Below, in pieces: positions 12,051-23,471 of a stretch of DNA of 35,875 nt. The DNA comes from Octopus sinensis (lineage: Eukaryota). The notes under the pieces were generated by a model. The model made no database searches. It saw only the letters and a program-made list of their open reading frames with translations, and was not told the origin of the DNA. A program made the translations under genes and the position numbers. The stretch spans positions 1 to 35,875 of the forward strand of contig NW_021826235.1 in NCBI RefSeq assembly GCF_006345805.1, given 5' to 3'. Numbering within the stretch: position 1 is the first letter of the stretch; each line of letters starts with the position of its first letter.

Positions 12051-12125
12051 CTCTCTTTTACTTGTTTCAGTCATTTGACTGCGGCCATGCCGGAGTACCG
12101 CCTTTAGTCGAGCAAATTGATCCCA
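12051..12125 (-). mobile_element. SINE family A 3' fragment
   Basis: TTTTACTTGTTTCAGTCATTTGACTGCGGCCATGC as in the other copies. Confidence 0.85.
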
Positions 12126-12956
12126 GGAATTTGAACACAGAACATAGCGGCAGACGAAATACCTATTTCTTTACTACCCACAAGGGGCTAAACATAGAGA
12201 GGACAAACAAGGACAGACAAACGGATTAAGTCGATTACATCAACCCCAGTGCGTAACTGGTACTTAATTTATCGACCCCGAAAGGATGAAAGGCAAAGTC
12301 GACCTCGGCGGAATTTGAACACAGAACGTAGCGGCAGACGAAATACCTATTTCTTTACTACCCACGAGGGGCTAAACACAGAGAGGACAAACAAGGACAG
12401 ACAGACAAACGGATTAAGTCGATTACATAAACCCCAGTGCGTAACTGGTACTTAATTTATCGACCCCGAAAGGATGAAAGGCAAAGTCGACCTCGGCGGA
12501 ATGTGAACTCAGAACTTAGCGGCAGACGAAATACCTATTTCTTTACTACCCACGAGGGGCTAAACACAGAGAGGACAAACAAGGACAGACAAACGGATTA
12601 AGTCGATTACATCAACCCCAGTGCGTAACTGGTACTTAATTTATCGACCCCGAAAGGATGAAAGGCAAAGTCGACCTCGGCGGAATTTGAACACAGAACG
12701 TAGCGGCAGACGAAATACCTATTTCTTTACTACCCACGAGGGGCTAAACACAGAGAGGACAAACAAGGACAGACAGACAAACGGATTAAGTCGATTACAT
12801 AAACCCCAGTGCGTAACTGGTACTTAATTTATCGACCCCGAAAGGATGAAAGGCAAAGTCGACCTCGGCGGAATTTGAACTTGGAACGTAACGGCAGACG
12901 AAATACGGCTACGCATTTCGCCCAGCGTGCTAACGTTTCTGCCAGCTCGCCGCCTT
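12126..12956 (-). mobile_element. Head-to-tail array of SINE family B: one full copy, three 5'-truncated units and one partial
   Basis: Unit 3' ends at 12164, 12348, 12536 and 12720 (184/188/184 bp). The tRNA-like head AAGGCGGCGAGCTGGCAGAAACGTTAG is present only in the rightmost copy. Box B GTTCAAATTCC; central GCCTTTCATCCTTTCGGGGTCGATAAATTAAGTACCAG domain. Confidence 0.93.
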
Positions 12957-13239
12957 TAGGCAGCCAACTGGAATTGGAGGGTTAGATGAAACGGTGGTTC
13001 GGGTTTAGGTGAGGGTCGTTCGCAGGTTAGGGTTATGCAATCTGTTTGGTGAAGACGTGTTGTTATAAGGATTAACTTGTATCAGTATGGGTAAGATATA
13101 GGATTATGTACAAGAACAACGGTAGAATTACACATTCCAATCATGGTTCGGTTCATTTAAATATGCTTCGTGTCAGCGTGACACACATACACACGCACAC
13201 ACGTTCACACGCGCGCACACATCTATGTGTGTATACGTA

Positions 13240-13270
<31 letters not shown>

Positions 13271-13726
13271 AGATATAGATATAGATATAGATATAGATAC
13301 ATATATATATTATATATATATATATATAAGGAATGAATGTTTTTATATATAATGAACGTGAAATACAGGAAGGGACGAACACGGAACACAGACAAATCAT
13401 TCGAAGCCTTCAATCTTCAGTCAGACACCGAATCATCATAGCAAATTTCGGCTGTTCAAATCTGATATTTGCTCCAACTCGGCCAGCCCCAAGAAAAAAA
13501 ACTAAGCTGTAAGCATTAGATTTCTTGGTAGAGACAGGAATGTGAACGCACAAGACGGATGTGAATACAAGAGACGAAAACGAAATTGAAAACAGTAATG
13601 AATAAACAAAATATATATAACGGTGGTTGTCATACGACTTTAGACCAAATGAGACAAAAAACAACAACAACAACATAGCTGGCGTAGAAATAATTACCGT
13701 TTCGGTAGCGGGGACACATGTTGGTC

Positions 13727-15429
13727 TATTTCTTTATTACCCACTAGGGGCCACGAAGAGGGAACATTACAAACATGGGGGACATAAAACAATGCGATTA
13801 AAATTATGATTAATGAATGTTAAAATGAAAATGATAACATGAAAGCGATGCTAACGGCCCCCTCCGCCAGCATCACTTACCTTTCCGTTTCCTATCACGA
13901 TTCCAAAGTTTTCACCTCACCTTTCATTTCTCTCTCATATCTCTCTATCATATCATCCTTCATAAATGCTGAAAACAATTTATACGTAGTTCATTGCACT
14001 GCTCATCAAAGAGCCCATGAGTTCAAAATCGAATACCGCATAGCTTCCGTCCTCATACTCCTGCCATACATCGTCTTCAAAAAGCCTTCTTGCGTTCTCA
14101 GTATCCCTTCCCCACAACACATAAAAGTGACTGGGGCTTTTGTATGTTCTGTGTGTCTGTTTTCGTTTTTTCTTGTAGGCGGGGAGGGGTGGGATTGCTG
14201 TTTGCGGGGGCAGGATGGGTCTCCAAGGGTGTGGGTGGTATTGGGGTGGGTTGGGGCTTCGCACAGTTTTCCTTTTCTTTCCTTTTCTCTTCTTTCTGCC
14301 CTCCTCACACTCTTTTTGCATCTCCTCCTCCTCTGTCATTTCCCTTTCCGTCTGCTTCTCTGTAATTTCTTCTTCTTTTGGGGCCTCCTCTTTTGGAGTT
14401 TCCTCAACGATTTCCTTTTCTCTTGGTGGGGGAGGGCAGAAGGCTCTTATGTGGCCCCTCAGGCCACACTTGTAACAACGTGGAGCTCTGCCCTCCACCC
14501 ACACTCTCATAATCACGTCTCCCAATTTAATGCTCTCCGCCAGGTCCACCAGTACCTCGCTCTCCGCCTGCACGTTTAGCTCCACTATTACGCCTCTCCA
14601 GCCCTCGGTCTTGACCGAGGCATGGAGAATATCTACTTTCTCCTCGTGCCGCTGATCACAGCCGCCACAATCCACTCAGCCTCCACGTTTGGTGGCACGC
14701 CCTCCACCCTTACTCGTGTGATCCTTCTATTCAAGTACATAGGTAAAAGTGTTACCCTTTCTGACTTCACTGCCTTCACCGCCATCCTCCTCGCTGCAGT
14801 CTCACTTTTAAAATGCACCCTACAGTACCGTACTTCGATCCTCGAGTCAGGAAAATGATTCCTCCTCCGATCTTCTCAGGGCCTCCTCATCCATCCATGT
14901 TAACGATCTCTATTTTCTTTCTTTCGTTCACGAACACCCTGTAAATTATGGTCCTCTTATTGTACCATTCCTTTCTCTTTGGTGGTGGTTCCAGTTCCAC
15001 CTCGCCGCTGTCCTTCCTCATATACCTCTGGAAACCTGGCAATTTTCTAGGTTTATTCTTTTTCCTGTTCCCGTTCTTCTTTTTGCAACTCCTGCGTACG
15101 TTTTCCTGTTTTTTTTTCTCCACATTATTTACATCACCGATTTGCTCGTCTTCAGAGTTCGATGTCTCCGACAAGCTCTCAAATATCCATTCTTCCTCCG
15201 ACTCCTCCACTAGGGAAGTGGTCATCCATCTCCTCCCGCCTGACAGGCCAAAAACGGCCGTCAAAACAGAAAAAGTGTAACGCGCAGAACCAGTGGAACG
15301 CGAAACCGCTTAAACGCCGTTCAAAATTTCCACAACAACAACAACAATTCTTTTTGATCTTTTTTACCGAATTTTACGAGCGTAAAAAAACACGACCGAA
15401 CTCAAAACTGACGAACAGACAACTGATCC
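13727..15429 (-). mobile_element. ORF1-only non-autonomous non-LTR retroelement (HAL1-like 'half-LINE')
   Basis: Perfect 19-bp TSD GCGGGGACACATGTTGGTC (13708-13726 and 15430-15448). 5' end GGATCAGTT (Inr-like); single Gag-like frame; ~250-nt 3'UTR ending GCCCCTAGTGGGTAATAAAGAAATA; no room for RT. Confidence 0.85.
13980..15225 (-). pseudogene. Gag/LINE ORF1-like nucleic-acid-binding protein (RRM-like region plus CCHC zinc knuckle), frameshifted as assembled
   Basis: Joins track ORFs 14887-15264, 14633-14818 and 13980-14675: RTIIYRVF...IIFLTRGSKYGTV.VHFKSETAARR...TRVRVEGVPPNV...RVWVEGRAPRCYKCGLRGHIRAFC (CX2CX4HX4C at 14436-14477), followed by an acidic/basic tail. Stop at 14887; 1-nt shifts near 14820 and 14645. 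Confidence 0.85.
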
Positions 15430-15828
15430 GCGGGGACACATGTTGGTCGAGATACGAAGGCCAACAGAATGGTTTAAGAAGCAGCAGGTCGCAGGAGAGA
15501 GAGAAAGAGAGACAGAGAGAGAGGAAATCAAAGAGGGTGGAAGGCAGGGGACAGAATCAGTGACCAAGAGAAAAGGAGAAAGAAGGGATTAAGGAGGATG
15601 GGAGGAAGAGGGGAGGAGGATGGGAGGAAGAGAGGGGAAGAATCGGAGGGCGCCAAAAAGTTTGGTGAAGAAGCAATGGCGGGTAGGAAAGGACGTTTTT
15701 ATAGAAGTCGTGCAGGGGGTTTAAAATTGGACAAACAAACGGGGGGGGGGGGTGCACGTAACGCCGCAATAATATAAGAATGAATGTTTTTATATATAAT
15801 GAACGTGAAATACAGGAAGGGACGAACA

Positions 15829-15934
15829 TATATGTATGTATGTATGTATGTATGTATAAATCTATATATACGTATACGCACACATATATATATATATATA
15901 TACAGCTATATACATATACATACATATATATATA

Positions 15935-15979
<45 letters not shown>

Positions 15980-16182
15980 ATGTATATATATGCACACGTG
16001 CATGTCTGTGTATACATATATGAACGTATGTATGTATGAATGTATGTAGAGAGAGAGAGAGGTGGAAGTTATGCATGAGTCGAACACATCATCATCGTCG
16101 TCATCATCAAATCTAGTTAATGAAAGCATTGGTTCAATGAAAGAGCGATAATGGAGTTGACAGCTGTCGCTTTCTAGCTAAC

Positions 16183-16216
<34 letters not shown>

Positions 16217-16512
16217 TACACACACATATATGTTGTGTACGTATATGTGTGTATTTTCATATCTACATATAATATATATATATATATATATTCATACAAA
16301 CACACACACAAGCACACGCACATATATATATGTTGTGTATATATGTGTGTTTATATATGTATATATATATACACACACACACACAGAAGCACGTACGCTA
16401 ACACATACACTCACTCACACACACACACACAAAAACACAAACAAACACACATACACTCACTCACACACACACACACATACACACATACACACATACACAC
16501 ACACACACACAC
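15829..16512. repeat. (TA)n/(TATG)n/(CA)n microsatellite cluster
   Basis: Direct reading. Confidence 0.9.
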
Positions 16513-16789
16513 GTGTTTGTGTATTTACTTTTGTAGTTGATGTAATCAGCTCCTCTCTGACATTCTGACATTGTGACTACCTATTTCTGCGAGGTGTTAG
16601 ATAGGGGTAGTATCGGGGTATCGTGTTTGATGTGACGGCAGACGGGGGTGGAGGATAAAATAGTGGGGAGCACCCGTAAGTAATGGTGGGGGTGTAGGGT
16701 AGAGAGAAGTGTGATAGAGACAGAATGAGAGTGAAAGTGTAAAAGAATGAGAGTGAGTCAGAGAGAGTTAGAGAAAGAGGGTTTAGCGA

Positions 16790-17975
<1,186 letters not shown>

Positions 17976-18057
17976 GGTAGCAGATAGAAAGGGAGACAGA
18001 CTGAAGGAATATAGGTATAAGGAATATATATTGTACTCTAAATTGTCAATGCTTTAA

Positions 18058-18161
18058 AGCAATATTTACACCCCACTTCAAGTGGGAACCTTGTTAGAAC
18101 ACCAGATACTGCGGTATACGTCTTGAGAGTGTCCTCTCATGTGGACGCGGCGAATACCGCT
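18058..18161. mobile_element. Possible small TTAA-flanked MITE (Kolobok-like termini)
   Basis: TTAA|AGCAATATT ... AATACCGCT|TTAA with imperfect inverted ends. Confidence 0.35.
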
Positions 18162-18549
18162 TTAAGGTGGTCATAAAGTTTGCCTTTTGGCATTAACAAC
18201 ACTTCTATCGCGAATAATTATTTTATAAATTAGCTGATCCCAGTACTGTCAATAATGACGGCTAATTGTAGTATTTTATATATAAATAAGGTACAAAATA
18301 AGGTACAAAATAAAGTACATGATAATCACACATACAAACATTCGCAAACTTTCCTTGTACACACACACACATATACTCACACGCTGATTTTTTTCACCCC
18401 TTCCTTCTTTATTCGTCTATCACCCCATCCTTTCTCTTATTGCTATTACTTTTTTTCTCTCCCTCTCAGTCAGAGCTATTACTCTCACTACTTCTCCTTC
18501 ACTGATTACTATTTTCTCTCCACCTCCGTGTCCAGAGTGATTCTGGACA

Positions 18550-18561
18550 AATATATATATA

Positions 18562-18630
<69 letters not shown>

Positions 18631-18631
18631 G

Positions 18632-18685
<54 letters not shown>

Positions 18686-18717
18686 ATGTATATGTATATA
18701 TACACACACATACATAC

Positions 18718-18757
<40 letters not shown>

Positions 18758-18782
18758 GAGAGAGAGAGAGAGAGAGAGAGAG
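18550..18782. repeat. (TA)n/(TG)n/(GA)n microsatellite
   Basis: Direct reading. Confidence 0.95.
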
Positions 18783-18868
18783 TAAAATTAGTTTATTTAT
18801 CTATTAATAATTAAAAATTTTACCAAGTAGTCAGTACGTTAAAAAACATTTTAGGAGAATTATGCAAA

Positions 18869-19117
18869 ATATTCTATGATTATATAACTATAATCAGAGG
18901 TCAGCTAAGTGCCTCACCACGTGCTAAAAGGAAATAGACACTAATGTCTTTTTAACTACCATAAACATCTCCGAGACAAAAATACTTTTTTATGTGTATT
19001 TTTGTCTCGGAGATTTTTATGGTAGTTGAAAAGACATTAGCATCTATTTCTAATTCAGTACGTGGCGAGTCACTTAGCTGACCGCTGATTAAAATTATGT
19101 ATATAATTATAGAATAT
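18869..19117. repeat. Long imperfect palindrome (~115-bp arms, ~11-nt loop)
   Basis: TAATCAGAGGTCAGCTAAGTG...ATCTCCGAGACAAAAATAC / GTATTTTTGTCTCGGAGAT...CACTTAGCTGACCGCTGATTA. Confidence 0.92.
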
Positions 19118-19125
19118 CTTATATA

Positions 19126-19672
19126 TCTATTATATAAAATCTGTTCTGTCTGTCTCTGTGTGTGTCTTCTAGGATCTCGGGCATCCTCCATCCGATTGCG
19201 CTCAAATTTGATATGTAGATACCGACGGTATCAGGGTGTGTTATAAGCCTTGAAAAAATTACAAAAATCAATTCCAGGTAAGAATACGATCGATAAAGCT
19301 GTTTTTGTCCTGCTTTTCTTCCGTCAACCTGTACATAACTGCACCTTCCATTTTTTGTTGTTTTTGTACTGCTTAAAGGCACGTTTCTTTCCTGCCAAGC
19401 TTACTGTTTAAATCATGTTTGTGTTCTCCAAGACAACATTACTGGTACTTTAAACTCTTCGGCTGCATATTTGTGTGAATAAAATCGTTTTTCTTTGGAA
19501 TAGAAAAAAAGTCTATCTTTATTTCTTCTTTTGCTGGTGTCTCAAATTTAAGTTAAATCAGTGTTTCTCAAAGGAGAGGCCTATGGGACGGTCGGACAAG
19601 TTGTTTTGAGAAAATTTGTTTTAAATGTTTGACAACTCAGCACCGTCCATTGGACGGGGGGCGTTTTGCTCG
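19126..19672 (+). mobile_element. Non-autonomous Helitron-like element
   Basis: A|TCTATTATATAAAAT 5' end followed by a CTGT microsatellite; subterminal hairpin CCGTCC-ATT-GGACGG (19643-19657); 3' end CTCG|T (CTAG-like). Confidence 0.7.
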
Positions 19673-19713
19673 TGTATATATATTATATATAAGACCAAAA
19701 AGGGTACGGGCGC

Positions 19714-19759
<46 letters not shown>

Positions 19760-19774
19760 ATATATATATATGTA

Positions 19775-19908
19775 TAGGTAAAAAAATACAAACTTGGACA
19801 AGAAACGCAAAACATTTAGGATACGATACAAAAAACACGGACAGGACATTCGAAGCCTTCAATCTTCAGTCAAGAACCGGATCATCCTCGCAATTTCGGC
19901 TGATTAAT
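19775..19908 (-). mobile_element. Fragment related to the 13331-15828 direct-repeat element, in (TA)n
   Basis: Shares CATTCGAAGCCTTCAATCTTCAGTCA...ACCG.ATCATC...GCAA(A)TTTCGGCTG with 13398-13454. Confidence 0.8.
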
Positions 19909-20549
19909 ATATATATACACACATACACAAATATATAAAAACACTACGCTCATTACCATATTAGGAGATGGTTTGTTGGTGTTACCTTTAATATTATTTT
20001 TACTACTCTTTAACCCCAGGTCACTGATGATCAAACGGACATACGACTAAAAGCTTTTTAATCAATGATCGCTCTGTCTTCGTATATGTACATTGTATAT
20101 TTAGGACTTCATTCTCCATGGTGACCGAGTCCTCTTTTTGGAAGCTGGCAGTGTGTAAGTTGAAGGAAATTTGGCTGCTATTTTTTGCAGATCATGTGTC
20201 CACATAGGAGCTCTCTCGTACTGCCGTTGTTGTTGTCCATTATTTTACTTCTTACTATGATTTTGTTGTTGTTGCTGTTGGTGCTACTATTTCTGTTAGT
20301 GGTGATGGTATTGTTGTTGTTGTTGTTGTTGCTGTTGTATTTTAGCCGTAAGTAAGTCGAGACAGTCTAAACCTATTGATGAATTTTGTTCCTTACCGAG
20401 ACCTCTACCCCCACCGTACCCCAACACCACCACCTTAAAATGCGTAGGATTGGCTGAAAGAACTAAAAGATTATGACAAACGATAAAAAGTGAATCTAAA
20501 TGGTGAAATTGTACTTCCAGATTGATACAGCTTGGCACCATTGACATCG

Positions 20550-20690
20550 CAACTGATTTCTACAGCTGAGTGTACTGGAGCAACGTGAAATAAAGTGTCT
20601 TGCTTAAGAACACAACACGCAGCCCGGTCCTGGGATCGAACTCACAACCTCACGATCGACGCTCTAAACACTGAGCCATACGCCTTCACT
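20550..20690 (-). mobile_element. SINE family D-like fragment
   Basis: Reverse complement resembles 28514-28660 (GTTGTGTTCTTRAGCAARACACTT.ATTTCACGTTGCTCCAGT). Confidence 0.75.
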
Positions 20691-20692
20691 TA

Positions 20693-20919
20693 TAGATAGA
20701 CTTTTTTTCTATTCCAAAGAAAAACGATTTTATTCACACAAATATGCAACCGAAGAGTTTAAAGTACCAGTAATGATAAGGAAGGGGCAGTTATGTACAG
20801 GTTGAGGGAAGAAAGCAAGACAAAAACGGCTTTATCGATCGCATTCTCCCCTGGAATCGATTTTTGTAATTTTTTCAAGACTTATACACGCCCTGATACC
20901 GTCGGTATCTACATATCAA
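20693..20919 (-). mobile_element. Inverted, internally deleted partial copy of the Helitron-like element
   Basis: Reverse complement of 19208-19349 joined to 19437-19518. Confidence 0.85.
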
Positions 20920-21558
20920 TGATAAGGAAAAATATCTTGATTGAATATATCAATTAAGACCTGTGAAGAGTTTGTTTCTCTCCTATCTTGAACATAAAAA
21001 GGGGGATTAAAAATTCTAAACTGCAACTACTAAAGTCACATACAAGTTGAGTTGACTACATCCTGTAGACATGACCTGATGAGAACTGGTAAACTTATTG
21101 CCCTCATAGAATGAATTTGATGAATAGATTTGGTCATAACAAATCAAGTATTTAACTTGCTCAAACAGTGAATAATTCCGAGACACCATTTTGTTTTTTT
21201 AGATGATAAATCATAGTTTTGTTGGCAAAAACATTTTTGAATCGACGAACATTGAAATGATTAAATATAAAGTGAGAGAAGAAAGGAAAAAGTCGATGAA
21301 TAATGACATTTTTATTTTCGTTTTTCTGGCAAGTTCTAGCATGTTCGAATGAATTTGTGATTTGTTCGTTGATATTTCAGTAAGTGAGGCTAAATAAATC
21401 CTAAATATGTGTGTATTGTTTACACGTATGTACTTACTGGAAAATAAACTAAGTGAAAAAGATACGTTCGGGTATCAAATTCGGCAAGGTCAGCTTCAGC
21501 AGTTATCCCTCATAAAATAAAGTACAAGTCAAATATTAGGGTCGACATAAGCGTCAGT

Positions 21559-21745
21559 GGAGGCGCAATGGCCCAGCGGTTAGGGCAGCGGACTCGTGGT
21601 CATAAGCACTCGCAATTCCCGGTCTGGGAATTGTGAGTGTTTGTTAAGCAAAAACACTTAATTCTACGAGGCTCCGGCGGTGGTGGGTGGTGAACCCCGC
21701 TGTACTCTTTCACCACAACTTTCTCTCACACTTTCTTCCTACTTC
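21559..21745 (+). mobile_element. SINE family C, 3'-truncated diverged copy
   Basis: GGAGGCGCAATGGCCCAG head as at 22620 and 23472. Confidence 0.8.
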
Positions 21746-22101
21746 TGCCACAAAGCAGAGGAACCATGGTGTAACCCACTATGGTGTGGTAATACTTTCA
21801 GACCCTTTCAGTCTAGATTACGAATCCTCTGTACCCCAGGATGGTTCAACTCTCCAACCGTTAAAAAAAGGCACCGTTTACGGAATGAGGGTAACAACGT
21901 AGCTTTCGCGCCCGTGCAACCGCCAGTCTATCGCGGGTGGTGGGTGGATCTTCAAATGGCCACAAGCATTCATAGTAGCTTAGAGTAAACCCAAATTAGA
22001 GATTATTCTTTGTGGCTAATGGCGTGAGTCCTGATTGGAATAATAATAATAATAATAATAATACTAATGATAATAATAATAATAATAATAATAATAATAT
22101 A

Positions 22102-22350
22102 CTATCATAGTAGGTGCATTAGGCATGATAAAAAAATATTCAGACAAATACATAACAAAAACACCAGGACTTACAAACACATATAACATACAGAAAATTG
22201 CACTACTAGGCACTGCACACATCCTACGCAGAACACTTTCCATACAATAACCATCAGAGCATCACAACAAATCACAACACATACCCAAGGCACACAGAGC
22301 TGCGCTCGGTAGTGAAATGAAAGCACGCTATAAAAAATAAAACTACTGAA

Positions 22351-22353
<3 letters not shown>
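22102..22353 (+). mobile_element. 5'-truncated R4/Dong-clade LINE 3' end in a (TAA)n tract
   Basis: 22104-22250 encodes IIVGALGMIKK...IQKIALLGTAHILRRTLSIQ* (typical R4/Dong C-terminus), then 3'UTR; preceded by (TAA)n and followed by (GAA)n. Confidence 0.88.
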
Positions 22354-22381
<28 letters not shown>

Positions 22382-22619
22382 AAGAAGAAGAAGAAGAAGA
22401 AGAAGAAGAACATAAGCGGCAAAATCCTCCCGCTAAAATTGTTGGCCTTGTGCCAAAATTTAAAACAATGAGCTGGCCGAATCGTTATCTTGCCGGGCAA
22501 AATGTTAAGCAGCTTTCTCTTGGTTCTTTGCATTGCGTTCAAATTCTGCAGTTGTCAACGCTGTCTTTCATCCTTTTGATAAAATGAATTACCAGCCAAC
22601 TTATAGTGTCTTGTATTGT

Positions 22620-23003
22620 GGAGGCGCAATGGCCCAGTGGTTAGGGCAGCGGACACGCGGTCATAGGATCGCGGTTTCGAATCCCCAGACCGGGCGTTGT
22701 GAGTGTTTATTGAGCGAAAACACCTAAAGCTCCACGAGGCTCCGGCAGAGGATGGTGGTGATCCCTGCTGTACTCTTTCACCACAACTTTCTCTCACTCT
22801 TACTTCCTGTTTCTGTTGTACCTGTATTTCAAAGGGCCGGCCTTGTCACTCTCTGTGTCACGCTGAATATCTCCGAGAACTACGTTAAGGGTACACGTGT
22901 CTGTGGAGTGCTCAGCCACTTACACGTTAATTTCACGAGCAGGCTGTTCCGTTGATTCGGATCAACCGGAACCCTCGTCGTCGTAACCGACGGAGTGCTT
23001 CCA
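22620..23003 (+). mobile_element. SINE family C, full length (tRNA-Arg-like head)
   Basis: Box A TGGCCCAGTGG, box B GTTTCGAATCC; near-identical to 23472-23852. Confidence 0.92.
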
Positions 23004-23019
23004 TCCATCCAGTGTCTTG

Positions 23020-23370
23020 TATTATCAATCGAGCTTTGGTGTTGGAGAAGACCTTTACGGATTCCATGGACAGAGAAACTCACCAATGGAGAAGTTCTTA
23101 ACCGGATCAAGCCGAATCTGTGGCTGGAAGCTAGAATTACCAAGCATAGATTGGCATATTTTGGTCATATTATGCGGAGAAAATCCCTGGAGAAGGACAT
23201 CATGCTCGGAATGGTCAGTGGCAAGAGAGGAAGAGGCCGACCAAGAACCCGCTGGCTTCACACCATTAAGAGTGATTACGTTAAATACCATAGCCAATCT
23301 GAAAGAAGCGACCCAGGATTGAACTGGCTGGGGAACACTGATCCATCGAGTAACCGATGAGCGAATAAAA
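23020..23370 (+). mobile_element. RTE-clade LINE RT C-terminal fragment
   Basis: ELWCWRRPLRIPWTEKLTNGEVL...RLAYFGHIMRRKSLEKDIMLGMVSGKRGRGRPRTRW, the characteristic RTE/BovB C-terminal motif. Confidence 0.92.
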
Positions 23371-23471
23371 GAAGAAAGATTATCAACCAAACGGTTCCCT
23401 CAAAACAATTTGCTGCTTGTTTTGTGCCTAAATTATGAATCATTATTGAAAGTACTGTTAAAGGCGGCAAA

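Larger units (their letters stand above)
13331..15828 (-). mobile_element. Non-coding ~776-bp element with identical 51-bp terminal direct repeats (Penelope pseudo-LTR-like), split by a nested insertion
   Basis: 13331-13381 = 15778-15828 exactly; flanked by (TA)n-type microsatellites; related 3' part at 19775-19908. The family assignment and orientation are inference. Confidence 0.7.

Noticed and set aside
12126-12956. CRISPR-like array or duplicated 68-aa gene
   Set aside because: No unique spacers; the units are whole SINE bodies in eukaryotic DNA
13839-14579. 246-aa hydrophobic plus-strand ORF
   Set aside because: Antisense shadow of the purine-rich Gag-like frame
13331-15828. LTR retrotransposon, or DIRS/Ngaro split-repeat element, with gag
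   Set aside because: The repeats are only 51 bp with no TG...CA, PBS or PPT evident. The inner 19-bp repeat plus SINE-like tail is better explained as a nested non-LTR insertion.
22620-22700. tRNA genes here and at other SINE heads
   Set aside because: A/B boxes are present but continue into shared SINE bodies, and no complete cloverleaf or terminator was seen
22995-23360. Stand-alone 121-aa gene
   Set aside because: Its start lies in a SINE tail and its content is a truncated RTE RT C-terminus
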